The notes: generated by a model from the sequence alone, not told the origin. Positions 1 to 14,124 are shown, counted from the first letter of the stretch. The stretch: 64,000 bases of DNA from Octopus vulgaris (GCA_951406725.2 OX597815.1:90892001-90956000); one strand, 5' to 3'. Translations and numbers: made by a program.

Positions 1-604
1 CACATACTGAACTCATTAGAAATAGTAGCCAAAAAAACTTTTTTTAAACTATTTCTAATACTTAAAGAAAATCTCTCTCATATAGTGTTTGCTCAATTCA
101 ACTCACGAAAGTATGGGGGTAAAGACATTAAAAAATCAAATGCAAAGGTTATTTGAGAACGTACGTTTCTAGATTAGTCAACTCGACATTTTTATCATCA
201 GCTCAGAACTCCTTGGTTTGGATTTGAAAACACTGAAAGTGGGAGCATACCCTTTCGGCTTCTTATCGCTTCTGAAGATCTGCTCGAAACTAACAGTGCC
301 AGCAAACCCAAAATATGCAAGCGAAGAATTTCTGCTCTCCCCTTTCCACCAGCGTGGAACCAAGGAGTTCTGAGCTGATGATAGAAATGTCGAGTTGACT
401 AATCTAGAAACGTACGTTCTCAAATAACCTTTGCATTTGATTTTTTAATGTCTTTACCCCCATACTTTCGTGAGTTGAATTGAGCAAACACTATATGAGA
501 GAGATTTTCTTTAAGTATTAGAAATAGTTTTAAAAAAGTTTTTTTGGCTACTATTTCTAATGAGTTCAGTATGTGGCAAAGTAATTTATTTTACTAAGCC
601 CTTT
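1..604. mobile_element. Long-TIR foldback/MITE-like element, left end truncated by window edge
   Basis: 1-218 is the reverse complement of 358-575 with only 2 mismatches seen by eye, around a 139-bp non-coding spacer. The right end runs into a (TA)n tract at ~605. Confidence 0.8.
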
Positions 605-2435
605 TATATAATATATATATATATATATATATACTAAATCTTAATTCATAATTCTAAATGAAATACATTCTTTATGCATTTCCAAATGCTGTAAGGTATA
701 TTAGTAGATAACTAAGCTTATTTTCAGTTATTCAAAGGCCAAATAAGCATTCTCAGGAAAATGATTCGTGTGAAATTTCCTCTTAAATGCAGTCTTAATT
801 TTCCACATGTTTACATATATGTTAACTTGTAGAAGATGATGTCTCATTGAAAAGGTTTACTGCAAATATACACATAGCAATGTAAAACTAATGTGTGTTT
901 GTATGTGTGTGTGGGGGCATGCGTGTGTATATGTGTATCTGCGTTTGTGTGGTTTGTGTGTGTGTGTCTGTGTGTGTGTGTGCGTGTGCGTGAAGTGTTT
1001 TTTCTTTTCTGTGCTTCTGAAAGTTGTGACTCAAAGGCGCTACATGAAATGCATAAAATTTCATCAAAATTTGAGTTTATGGATAATATTGCCGCAGTAT
1101 AACGAAAGTCGAGTGACATATAATATGCGAAGAAGTACAAGGAAAACTGTGTCTGTAGAAGAAATGATCAATTTGTAACGGTTGCTGTTAGCAAGTTTTA
1201 TGCATTTTCTTATTCGACGTAGAACGTATTTCATTAGACATTCCTGTCTTCAACTATAGTGACCAAGTGAAGTATTGACTAGCAACTATTATTTGGCCAC
1301 CTAAGTGATGTGCTTCTATCTACATAAACAATAATTGCAAATGTTTCTGGTGTAAAGTACTGTTATATATGGCGTACTATTTTCACAGTGTGCCGTCTTT
1401 ATAATTTAGGTGGTACAACAGAACTTCACGGTGGGGGATTGAAGAAGTGTAGAGTAACTAAATGCTGTAATTTAGTTTCTAGTAAACTCACCCTCGATGC
1501 ACAAGCAAACATTCCTCTTATTTTACTGGAAAATATACAAAATTTCTTCCTGCAAGTAGTTATCGAATGCAGAATGTATTTTATTTCCTTTATGCATTAT
1601 CCCAAATAGACTAATGTACTGGTTCATATATATTTTGTATGCAAAAGCATCATTCACACTTTAAAGCTTATGTAAAACCATACTATGTTATCCCAGGAAT
1701 GGCTACAGTAGAGTATTACAGATGAAAGACTATTTTCTCTGCAGATTACTATGTATATCTGCTTCTTTCCCAATACAGAAAAAAATAACACGAACACGAA
1801 CTTTCTATTCTTTACTACACTGATATTAATTACAGGGAACTGTAGACAAACGAGAACATGACAGTAATTACAGTGTAAGCTCAGAGGAGCTTCGAGAAAT
1901 ACACACATTTTCAACTCGCGTTTCTTAACATTCCATTGAAAATATATTTATCTGCCAAAGATACTTTTTTATTATATTTTGATACAAAAAAACATTATTT
2001 CATAAATATTCTACATTGACTCGTTTCTTTGAAATTTTTCTACTTTGTATAAGGTAAAATTATAAAAGTGAATTTTATAAAAAGGAAATATTATAATAAA
2101 AATACGGCAGGAAAAAAAAGAAATGTTTCCCATTTAGACTTAGAAGATTTAATGGAGAAGAGCAATATTCCTCCAAATGTTTCTTAAAGAAAATCATACA
2201 AATGTTTAAGTTATCTTACAGTGATCTTCTTAAAAAATATAAAACACCCATACTCACACACACAAACACACACGTACACACACAAAGACACACCACACAC
2301 ACTTCCTGACAATAGCTATAAGAAAGCACGTATATTCAAGTACTTATATTTCTATGCATGTGGCATAGGTGTGTTAATACGAATTTTATATATCTACATT
2401 ACGTGAATAATACGTACAACTAAATGTGGATGCAA

Positions 2436-2468
<33 letters not shown>

Positions 2469-2516
2469 CATATATATATACAGACACACACACTTACATG
2501 CACACACACTTACACG

Positions 2517-2584
<68 letters not shown>

Positions 2585-2693
2585 GACACTCACTAGAAAT
2601 ATATCAATTCATAGCAGAGTAATATTTACATATAGAAATATATTTTGAGTGATATTGCTCATGTATATATGTATATATACATGCGTTCACTGC

Positions 2694-3395
2694 CAATGGT
2701 TTTGTCAAGCAGTATCAAGTTTTACAATTCTGTAAATAATGATAACAATATTTTATATGCTTAAAGCTTATAGCAATCACCGTGCAATGATTAAGGAAAA
2801 TATTCTTAATAATGGGGCATATAATTCCTCGACAGAAAAAGTAGGTTTTCCCGTACGCGTGGATCTCGAACCCACATCCCTTTGTTTACGCGACTCAGTG
2901 TTTTACCGATTACACCAGCGAACTAACCTGTTATTTCCTTAACTAAACCAAAGGGATGTGGATTCGGGTCCCACGCGTACATGAAAACCTACTTTTTTCT
3001 CTCGAGGGCTCATATGCCCCATTATTAGGCTATTTTCCATAGTCATTGTTCGGTGATCGTTATAAGCTTTAAGCTTATAAAATACTATTATTGTTTACAG
3101 ATTTGTAAAACTCACTGCTTAACAAAACCATTCAAAGTAAAAGCACATGTAAGTTTGTTTACAAAAACAACTACGAATTAATATAGTTCTTAAATTTGAC
3201 AGGAATAAACTGGTTCGTTCGCTGGTGTAATCGGTAACACAGTCGTGTAAACAGAGGGATGTGTGGTTGAGTCCCACGCGTACGGGAAAACCTACTTTTT
3301 TCTGTCGAGAGCTTATATGACCCATTATTTAGACTATTTTCCTTAGTCATTGCGTGGTGATTGCTATAAGTATTAAGCTTATAAAATACTATTAT
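2694..3395. repeat. Three copies of a tRNA-derived ~190-250 bp unit (one minus, two plus), the first two forming a hairpin
   Basis: 2694-2888 is the inverted copy of 2944-3132, and a third copy lies at ~3200-3395. The head has A box TGGTGTAATCGGT, B box GGTTCGAG, D-stem GTGT/ACAC, T-stem GTGGG/(C)CCAC and a downstream T-run. Confidence 0.75.
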
Positions 3396-3416
3396 ATATG
3401 TGCGTGCGTGCGTAGG

Positions 3417-3455
<39 letters not shown>

Positions 3456-3474
3456 CAATGCACACTTGCACTCA

Positions 3475-3872
3475 TGGGATTAGGCTTGGCTGAATAGTAG
3501 AGTATTGTGGTTCTCAACCATATATCCACATGATTTTGGGTTCAGTCTCACTTCGTGGCACTTTAAGTAAGTGTTTTCTACAATAGACTTGTGTGTGTTT
3601 TTGGTAGATAGAGACTAGAAAAAACCTGTTCTATATACATGTAATTGTCTATGTGTATATGACTTTATATTTGTGTTTCCTCTCCACACTCGGTTTTGAA
3701 CTGGTGTTGCTTTGTTTACGACCTCGTTACATTGCGGTTCGGCAGTTATAGACCGGTAGAATAAGTATCAAAATTTTAAAATCTACTGGGGCCTATTTGT
3801 TTGGTTAAACTGTTCAAGGAGATGCCCCAGCATGGCCACAATCTAATGACTGGAAGAAGTGAAAGGTAAAAG
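3475..3872 (+). mobile_element. tRNA-derived SINE family B (central microsatellite), diverged
   Basis: Matches other copies in the window (19865, 48640, 52505): gggttcagtc..cgtggcac..aagtgt..ctac, then cagcatggcc..aatgactg..aag tail. Confidence 0.7.
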
Positions 3873-3922
3873 ATAGATAGCTAGATAGATAGATAGATGT
3901 GTGTGAGAGTGTGTGTGTGTAA

Positions 3923-3964
<42 letters not shown>

Positions 3965-3994
3965 TACTCTTTGTGTGTTTTTACACATAGATAA

Positions 3995-4059
<65 letters not shown>

Positions 4060-4099
4060 ATAGAGATGCTCTAAACTTTGGATGAAATACACCCAGATC

Positions 4100-6375
4100 C
4101 TCGAGGGCTATACTAGACACCCTAATAAACTATAACCACAACAAGTACCCCCTGGAACCAAAATCACTACAGCATAAACACAATGGCCTTTGGAAGAGAC
4201 CAACTCAAACTCACCAGACCACTCAGAAACCCAACAGGATTGCAACACAAGAACACCAACAGCAGACCGCCCCCTCAACACACTCACCATCAAAAACGAC
4301 CCTACAAAACCACTCAAAGCAGACCGACAACAAATATCAACCACAAGGACTCAAATATCAGGACACACGTTGCCCCCACCCCCTACACGAGAAACTAAAG
4401 GTAATTAACCTTTCAAAAAATCATTAACTGACACCCGAATAGAAATTCTAATTAAGGGACTGAAGTTTACACCCACACCAAAAAGACCAAACTAATCACA
4501 AGCCAAAAACGAAAGCAGCTTTTGCCCAAATAAAGGGTTAATTACGCACTGGACTCCTACTGCGAATACATTATGAACTTTCCCTTTCAAAAATTGCTCA
4601 TAGAAATATTAAGTCAAACTTTATAAAACATAAATAGAAGACCCTACTGGACATACAAAAAAATATGGATATAACTATCAAAGAAGACGCTAAAAGTAGT
4701 ACTGTCTTCACCACAAATTACTATAAAGACCTAGAACTCACAATGCTAGCGGACAACAACTATTATGAAAAAACAAGCCACTACAAAAAGTTAATTATAA
4801 AGGAAAACTTCACAACTCTTTCAAAGGAGTATAGTATAAGCTTAACCGGCAAAGAAATTGACTATTTATGACACTTGAAATGCAAAAACGAGCAACTTCT
4901 ATGGTTTACCTAAAATCCATAAATGCAAAATGATTAACGATGCCTGTAAATCCTCAGCAAACAAATACATACAACTAACACCTCCAGATGATCTAAAATT
5001 GAGACCAATCATAGCAGGGCCGGCATGTGAAACACACAGGTGCAGGAACTTCTTGGACATACTTCTAAAATCCTTCTTAAAACACACACAGAGCTACACA
5101 TGCTAATTCATCTGCAAAGTACGGTAAATAGACATACAATTTTTACTTCATTTGATGTTGTTCCCCATGATCATGGAATAACTGCAATCCAATACTGGCT
5201 GGACACACACCAATCTGAACTGTCAACACACATAGAAAAAGATTTTATCGTTGAAGGACTCAGATTCATATCTGGAATCAACTTTTTTTTACCTTAAACG
5301 GTTCGGATTACCGCTAAACATCAGGAACGGCGATGGGTACGAAAGTAGCTCCTACATACGCCAACTTAGTCATGGGATTCCATGAACAAAAAATATACAA
5401 CCAATCTCTTGACACGTTCCGTACGCAACTCAGAAACAACTGGAAAAGATACTGGGATGATTACTTTGTGTTATGGCAGGAAAACATTGACAAGTTAACT
5501 GAATACAAAAACATGATAAACAACACCTTAAGACATCTACAAACCCACCGACGACTCCAGAGAGTACCTTCTTTTCACATCATGTCACTCGAAACACACC
5601 AAACACAACATTCCCTTCAACTTGGCAAAACGAATTTGTACCATAGTGTCAGAACCATTCAAACGTGAGCAAAAACTAGGGTAACTGAAAGGCACACTTA
5701 TCCAAAGATTCTTCTCCGCTAGCATAATCACCAGCGGAAACATATTTATTAATGAACTTTGGAAAACAAAAAACAGAAAAGAAACTGTCTAGCCATTCGT
5801 GTCAACATTCAATCCCAGGAACAACAAAGTATTTGATCACATCCACAAAACCCCACCCATGCTATTTGCAAATGAAAAAAATGAGAAAAATCTTAGAAAG
5901 ACAACAAATCATCAAAAGCAAAACGTAGCCCAAAACACTAAAATTCGTCCTCACTGGAGCAAAAATATACAAAGAAAGCCCCAACACAACGGTAAGAAAA
6001 TGCAGGAGAACGAACACCAGCACTTGCTTTCATCTGATTGAGAGACCAGAATTTAAGTTTAAAGATGGTCCAACCTTCAAAGTCAAGTCCAATTTTACCT
6101 GCAACACGGAAAAACTGATCTACGTAATCACATGCAATGGTTGCCAATATAATTACATATGTCAGGCGGGTGGATCGTTACGCAACAGAATGACGACAGA
6201 TCCGAGACAAAAGCACAAGGAAAATTCCTTTAAGCAGCTACATTGCAACCTATGCAGGAATGGTCTTACTTAATTTCAAAACATTTCCCATCTATAAGTG
6301 CACAGATTCCTTCAATCAACAACGAAGAATGAATAAAGACAATTTATCAACAAGTATAATCCACAATTAAATATA
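4100..6375 (+). mobile_element. Decayed Penelope-like retroelement (RT + Cys-linker + GIY-YIG endonuclease; Neptune/Naiad-like)
   Basis: Frameshifted motifs occur in the correct order: KGLKFTPTP (~4455), YGLPKIHK (~4900), RPIIAGPACETHR, FTSFDV, MGTKVAPTYANLVMG (5333), KRYWDD, NIPFNLAKRICTIVS (~5608), FTCNTEKLIYVITCNGC..YI (~6094), FINKYNPQLN. Confidence 0.88.
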
Positions 6376-6616
6376 GACCCAACTACATCCAATATATAAG
6401 TACAAACACTTGAAAACAATTTCAAACTATTTTATACATATTATCGTTTTTAAAAAATACTTCCCTAAATCGTTTTTCAATATAGACATTTGCCAGCACA
6501 CACACACACGCGCACAAACACACACACTTAATAATCATACACACATACACAAAAAAGAAAACATCAGTCTGATCTATATGCAGCGAGTCAATCGGCAGAC
6601 AAAAACAAAATACAAC

Positions 6617-7420
6617 TAAACGAGGGAAAATTTGAGCTGATGCTATACTAAAACAGCCATACACTCTTCCTCCAGGGGAACCGTTCAGAGTGTCTACTAA
6701 TATCAGAGATCTAGGTGTAATAGTTGACAACAATCTCAGTTGGAGTGCGGACATCAACAATAAAGTCGATATAGCTCGTAGGATGAGCTCGTGGATCTTA
6801 AGAACCTTCCAGTCCAGAGAACAAGGTGTAATCGTTCCACTTTTCTCCTCCTTTGTACAGCCACACCTCGAATACTGCTATCCCATGTGGTCTCCCCATG
6901 CAAAACAAAACATCTCAAAAATTGGATCACCTCAGAGAGCACTCCCTAAACGAATTAAGGGCATGACTGATCTCGATTACTGGGACCGCCATAAAGCCTT
7001 GAAACTCTACTCTCTCTAGCACCGCCGTGAGCGGTACATCATTTGCACGATGCGACCTGAACATTAGTTTCAAGGTTCATCCAAGGCTGGGACCAGAAGC
7101 CATACGTCCTCTACCCAATTCAGGATCACAACATATAGGTACTGAGCGACACAATTTCTTTTCCTGCCCTGTTTAACATTGTCTCAAAACTAATCGAAGA
7201 GGAAAAGGATCCCATCACCTTTAAACGGATTCCGGACACATTTCTTCTAGGAATACCTGATAAGCCACCTGGATACAACTCACTCAACAAGAACTCACTA
7301 CTTGAATGGACCATAATACCACAAAACTTGACTTTAAAAGGATTTAGATAATCCCATCAAGTGCTGCTATTAATTTAGACATGGCCTGGACCAATCTTTG
7401 TTTGAAACATCTCTAAATTT
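6617..7420 (+). mobile_element. 5'-truncated CR1-clade LINE (ORF2 C-terminus and 3' UTR) inserted in the PLE 3' region
   Basis: ORF 6690-7019 reads RDLGVIVDNNLSW..PHLEYCYPMWSPH..QRA..RIKGM..DYWDR.K.LKLYSL followed by RRERY, typical of the CR1 ORF2 C-terminus. Confidence 0.85.
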
Positions 7421-7968
7421 TATCATTAAAAAAAAACACGCACAAACACACACATACACTCACAGACACATAGAATAGAACTTATCAAACACACACACAA
7501 GTATACACATATACACAAAAAGATAACATCAAAACCACACATACACACAGGTAAAGACACTCAAACGAATTCACCTAACCCAAAGAAAAATCCTAATTCT
7601 TTTTTAACAAGAGAAATTCTTCACAGCATACATATCATAGCTGGTCATTTTTGAAAACATATTGAAAGGAGATTCAACACAACACATACACACACACACA
7701 TACACACACATACACACACGCACACACACTTAGGTGGACGTAAAACATTTTATAAATGCTTTTTAGCCACTCCCTTGATAGGTACATACAAAGATTTCTT
7801 TTAGACAATAGACACCCCGTACTCTGACTCTAACTCTACACCAAACTATATTTTGAACTCTCCACCAAACTATATTTAAAACAATACGCCAACGAAAAAT
7901 CTCCAGACATGTTCTTGACCACCAGACAGAAGATAGACTGTTTTCACTTCAAATTTTTTCTAAATTTC

Positions 7969-8016
7969 TATTAATATTTGAGAAGATGAAATACATCGAA
8001 ACCGGTAATATTAATA
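7969..8016 (+). ncRNA. Minimal type-I hammerhead ribozyme motif, U3:A8 core variant, at the 3' end of the PLE
   Basis: Parses as TATTAATAT|TTGAGAA|GATG-AAATA-CATC|GAAAC-CG-GTA|ATATTAATA: 9-bp helix I, 4-bp helix II starting G-C, palindromic ACCGGT helix III, GUA cleavage triplet. Confidence 0.72.
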
Positions 8017-8148
8017 TTTTTATTTACATAATCTTTTATTAAATTCCCTCTGAAACTGAAATGTCTTAGTCTTAATTCTGTGCTATTTCCACCTCCATCT
8101 TTTTTATACATAAAAATTTCATTTGTATATATCTCTAATCTTTTCAAC

Positions 8149-8186
<38 letters not shown>

Positions 8187-9136
8187 CATATATATGTATA
8201 TATTTATATATATATGTGTGTGTGTATGTATCTATGTATGCATGTATGTATTTGTACTCATATATATACATGTATATGCATATATAGTCATAGGAATCCA
8301 TACATCTATATGAATATTTAATACGGATTTGGTCCATATTTGACATGAATCACAGCTTCAAATAGACAAGGAAAACAAGTTCTAAATTGTTAAGAGAATT
8401 TCCAACTATACTTTAAGTAAAACCTACTTTAGTTCTTTTCTCCGTTTACCAATGTTGGCGGGGATAAGAGACACAGTAGTTGCAGCCTTCCAATAATATC
8501 CAGCCTATGGACCTTACGAAGATCTGTTTTGTTTGTTTGTTTGATACAGATTAGGCAAGCAAGGTTGCAGTTGAGATCTATTGTCAATTAGTTTTTGTAC
8601 GTCGATGGATATTAGACACACTACGCTTCAATATTCAGCAGTCCTTATCGATGAAGATTTCTTTAAACTTATGTTTGCCAGAGCTGGCTTTGAAACGTCT
8701 ACATGATTTTAAAGACTGTATCTCTAAAAACACCTCAAAGCATTAAACAATTCAGTAACTCCAAGCTCCAACAATTTTTCCTGCTTGAGAATGAGGTTAG
8801 TCAGGCATTTTAGCATATTAAAATATTACTGTGTGTATATATCGGCCAAAAGACAAAAGCCTTAAACAAAAGTGAAAATCAACCCAAGCACTTCATCCAT
8901 AGCGGACAAAACATTGAAATGACTATTCTCATTATATATATATATACGTAAATATCGAACGACGAAAACGAGTGCTCGATATAATTTCTTTATTTGTGAA
9001 TTAAGGCTCCCGTTGGCCTCATGTTCAGAAAAGTAGGAAAATATCCAAGTGTCTTAATTTTTCAAGCCAATCACACGGAGAAAGGTGTTCGCCTCCACTT
9101 TTGGAAAACAGAATCCCGTTTAGTATATATGATAAA

Positions 9137-9427
9137 GGCGCATATCTCAGTGGTTAGGCCGTCGAGCGAATAATCATGATGTAGTGAGTTCGATTCCCGG
9201 ATTAAGCTGTGTGTTGTGTTCTTGAACAAGTGACTTTATTTCATGTTGCTCCATTTCACTCAGCTGTAGAAATGAGTTGCGAAATCACTGAAGACAAGCT
9301 GTATCGGCCTTTGCCTTTCCTCTAGATAACATCGGTGGCGTGGAGAGGGACGGCTGGTATGCATGGGCAGCTGGTCTTCCATCAATAACCATGCCCGGAC
9401 TTGTGCATGACTGAAGTGGGTCTTTAC
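9137..9427 (+). mobile_element. tRNA-derived SINE family A
   Basis: A box (ctcagtggtta), B box (gagttcgattccc) and body gtgttcttgaacaag..cactcagctgtag. A second copy lies at 52733-53042. Confidence 0.8.
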
Positions 9428-9428
9428 A

Positions 9429-9468
<40 letters not shown>

Positions 9469-9529
9469 CATATATATATACATATATATATATATACATA
9501 TATATAAATATATACATATATATAGATAC

Positions 9530-9602
<73 letters not shown>

Positions 9603-9817
9603 AGAAAAACCACTATTATGCAATTCAAACAATGATAGATATAAACCAAATCATAAATAAAAAATAAAATATATTTTTTAAAACATATAACTAGATCACA
9701 AAAAGTATAAAAATGAATAATCAATATATAATAATTAAATTTTTCTTTGATTTATATATTATATATTTATATTGTGAAATTTGATTTAATACTAAATTTT
9801 TCCCTATATGTTTGGAG

Positions 9818-9879
<62 letters not shown>

Positions 9880-10944
9880 GTATGTATATATGTATATCTA
9901 GTTGTGTAGTAAGAAGTTTGCTTCTCAACCACATGGTTCTGGGTATGTATATATGTGTGTGTGTGTATGTTTACGTTGGTTCGAACGAAGGGGAGAGAGA
10001 ACACAACACTTATTAAACTCATTCGTCTGATACAAGTTATGCTGCTACTCCGAGTCACTATGTCCAGTGAGTTTCGCCAAACGACATATGCACATACAGA
10101 TGAAGAGAGATAGAGAGCGAAGTTGCTGAAAAGGAAAGAAATGGATACGCCATTCTTTTTCTCATTCTCTCCTTCAACGTTTCAATTTCATATTTGTACA
10201 CTCTCCTCTACAACCCACTCTTGTTCTTTCCCGCTTTCTGTTTTTTTTATAACACATGATTCATTTAACGCTTCCTCATTGTGTATATTTGTTAACTTAT
10301 CTACACCTACACCCACCTAACATCTGTTTGCTAACTTCTATTTTTTTTCTCATTTTCCTTCCACCCGCTCTCACCACATCTTTCTCTCTCTCTCTCTCTC
10401 TCACTCTCTCTATCTCTACCTCTATCTCTCCCTCTCCCTCATTTTCGTTGTCTTTTATCTCTCTGGTGAGGTAAAATATATTTCCTTTCTTTTTTTCCTC
10501 GTACTTCATAACAAAGCTTTAAAAGTGACATCATTGGAAATTGGCTAAACAACAAATAAACTGAGATTTAAACAACCATTAACAGGTTCTAATAGCTGTG
10601 CTGGCAGATTTTACAACCATTTCATTTCCGTTCCTTTGTCTGATTATAATAAAGAATAAACCATTTCATAAAGAATAAACCATTTCATCTTTAATTTATT
10701 TATATATTTTGTATTATATGGGATAATTTTTATCTTACTATTTTACTTTTCGCATAAAAATTGCCAAACCGCTACCTTAAACGTATTTCATACATGTCCA
10801 AGTTATTACTTTCTACACAATCACTTGGCACTATATTACAGAGCTATGGATGGTTGCAGATCAAAATACGGACCTTGTCCTGTCGCCTTGCCAAAGTTAA
10901 ACAACACTAATATAGGTAGCTCCATTCATAGGGGCACTTGTTGG

Positions 10945-10948
10945 GTAA

Positions 10949-10987
<39 letters not shown>

Positions 10988-10992
10988 ACAAG

Positions 10993-11024
<32 letters not shown>

Positions 11025-11140
11025 CCAAATATATATATATATATATGTATGCATTTATATATGTATATTTACATATATATATATATTTATCCAAAAATAT
11101 ATATATATATGTATGTATGCATTTAAATATGTATATTTAC

Positions 11141-11174
<34 letters not shown>

Positions 11175-11215
11175 ATATATATATATGTATGTAAGTATAT
11201 ATATATATATGTATG

Positions 11216-11257
<42 letters not shown>

Positions 11258-11350
11258 TATATGTTTATATATATTTTCGTAAGTACATGTATGTCTACGC
11301 GTGTGTATGTACATGCATCTATGTCAGCGAAGTGTGCATCTGTGTATGTG
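10945..11350. repeat. Compound (TA)n/(TATG)n microsatellite field, representative of many (e.g. 2455-2580, 3931-4056, 9450-9600, 15370-15650, 43066-43250, 45343-45563)
   Basis: Direct reading of the dinucleotide repeats. These tracts generate the spurious YIYI ORFs. Confidence 0.97.
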
Positions 11351-14124
11351 TTACCTAATTACTCGTTTTGTAACAGCATAATTATGCTTATTCGATGTAG
11401 TAACATAAAATATATTTAGTTTTATATACTTTATTTATGAGGTTCTTTCAATTCAATATCACTAAGGTCTATACTATTGAGATTTTAACACCGTTTCAAG
11501 TATAAAAGATAGATAATCATTAACATTCCAACATAATGGTTGTATTGTGCTTCAGTGTGAGCGTGTTTGCTTTTTGTTTGTTTTGTTTGTTTGTTTGTTT
11601 TGCTTTGTTTGCTGTTTGTGTTTTTAGAAAAATGCAATTTTTCAACGAGATGTGTTAATGTATCTTGCTGTTTAGAGAGGTCTTTCGTTCCTAGTAGTTA
11701 GTTTCGTACAAGAGAAAATTGATTTCTTTCAGATCAAGGGCCCTTCACAAAACAGTATATTTCCTCTGTCTTATATATAAACACGTCTTTATTTAGTCCA
11801 ATCACATGTATTTCTATTCCTAACAGAAGAATTTTCGTAATTAGAAATTAATAGAAATTGCTAAATTATGATTTATGTGTCCAGTAGGAATATATTCATA
11901 ATTATTTTATATTTCAATAATAAGTACATTCTGCATTTCTATAATAAATAGTAGAGAGTTTTACTTTGACTGTCACTAATTTTCAACCTATTTGGATTAT
12001 GAACGCGTCTCCATTGATAATGAGAATATTTCAAATATATACATATATCTGCATTTGGATATGATTGAATCTCAGAATACTTACTGTTAATACGAGAAAT
12101 AGCATAACTTCTAGCACAAATGTAAACTACGCAAAACAAAATAAAAGATTATTTTCATTTGAATGACTGCCATCATTAGAAGCCACATCACCACATGCAC
12201 AATTATCACAACCGCAACTACTACTTCCACCACGATCATTATCATCATTATCATAATCAATATCATGAATACCGTCATCATCGTCATCAAATTGTTACAA
12301 TCTGTTATTTAAATATATTTTCAGAAGGAAGAATGTTGAAATGCTGAGTTTGTGATATTGACATAGAGTGAAAGTTGAGTTATTAATCGTAAAAATATGG
12401 TTTAGTGTGGTAACCCTCTGAGCTTTGAAGTGTAGTTCATGTCTTGTCCATCTTATATACGGTAAATCTAAAACATTACGACAAATATTCATTGATCATG
12501 CTGTTAAACTCTCAATTTTCAAACATTTTAAATAAATACAGTATAAACGCCCCTTTTGTCACCATATCCTAAATTGCTAACCAAGAATTTACGCAGTAAG
12601 CCTAACCAAATATAACGTCAATACCTGCCCTTCTAAAAAAATTGTGAAATCCTGAATCGGTTTGAATGTTTTTTCCACTCAGTTTATTTTCCTGAAGGCC
12701 CTGTTACACTACTTCGTTCATTTAAATATAAAAAATTGCATGTTGTTACCAACAAATTTTACTATCTGTGAATAGATATAGCTACATTCGCACTTGAATG
12801 TGAATAGATATAGCTACATTCGCACTTGAATGTGCGTTAAAAGTCTCATTTCAACCGACATCATCTGAACTTGCTGACATTCTAGAGATATAAAAGGCTA
12901 GGGCACTTTGTTATGAAGTTCTATTTATTATCAGTATCGAGATATCTGGAAGAGAAACAACCAGAGAAACTATAAACTGCACAAGAAAAGTACTTAAAGA
13001 TCTTTGCCTACAAACGAATTGCACTCCGGTAACAACAATACAACTTTATATGGAAAATGGAGGAGGAAAAATATACGCTGCAACAAGTTCATTTTGCCCA
13101 TGTCTACAAGGCAAATATTTAGAGGTATTAATGTTTACAGCGTTATTCGTAGTCATGAACATGATAGTAATTGTGATAATAAATATTATAATGATATTGG
13201 CATAATATTGTGTTAAAAGTGATCATTCTGGACACACAGCCAGCATTCCCATTTTACATTTGCTGTTTAACGATTCCTTAAGTATAGACCACTTAATTAA
13301 TTTATAGTTCATTTTAATATTTATGTTTAATAACATTTTCAGTTCTCAGTTCAGACTTAAATATACTCAGGTTAGTTGTATTTGAAAAAAAAATGATTTT
13401 ATTAATAAAAGATTTCTTTGAATTTGAAAATATTATTAGAGAAAAACAGGGAAACAGTAATAAAATTCTAAAATATGGCTAATCCTAAAACAGATAATTA
13501 CTTAATTGGGCAATTAATGTATCTTGACATTACATCATTGCTGTAATCAAGAGATCAAGAGTCCGTCTATATGAGTGTCTAACTAGTAAAGCCAATTATT
13601 ATGCTTGCTGTTGTTGTTGTTACTTTTGTTGCCGTATTTATTGTTGTTCTTGCTTCCATTCATAAAACTACCACAATGTTGGCCTTTTGCTTCAATTAGC
13701 GCAAAGCAAACACTGCGGAAAACATCACCAAGAGATACACAAATAATTCGCGGGAGATAAAGATCCGAATGCTCTTCAAATAGACATAAGCTTACGAAGG
13801 GAAACGAACAGTTGAAAACAAAATAACAACTACAATAAAAGTGAAACATAACCAACAACAAATACAATAAGCAAACAATAAACAACAAACGATAAAAATA
13901 ATCTAAAAGTGAAGTGTAATAGAACTGACCAGAATTAAACTGCGATCAAAAGCGACTTTAAAGAGTATAGTTATATGGTAAAAGAGTGTAGGGAAAACGG
14001 AACAAAAACCCCAAAGAATTCCAAAGTGGAATAATATGAGTCAATAATCTTCAAACAGTGATAGCAATCTGTAAAAAAAAAATGTGTATGGTTGAACAAC
14101 ACTGACGAATTTTGAAAGAAGCTT

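Noticed and set aside
272-292. CTGAAGA..GAAAC in the palindrome spacer (and CTGATGA-TA-GAAA at ~375) as hammerheads
   Set aside because: No helix II or helix I can form.
8440-8800. Possible RTE-type LINE 3' remnant on the minus strand
   Set aside because: Only vague peptide resemblance, with no unambiguous motif.
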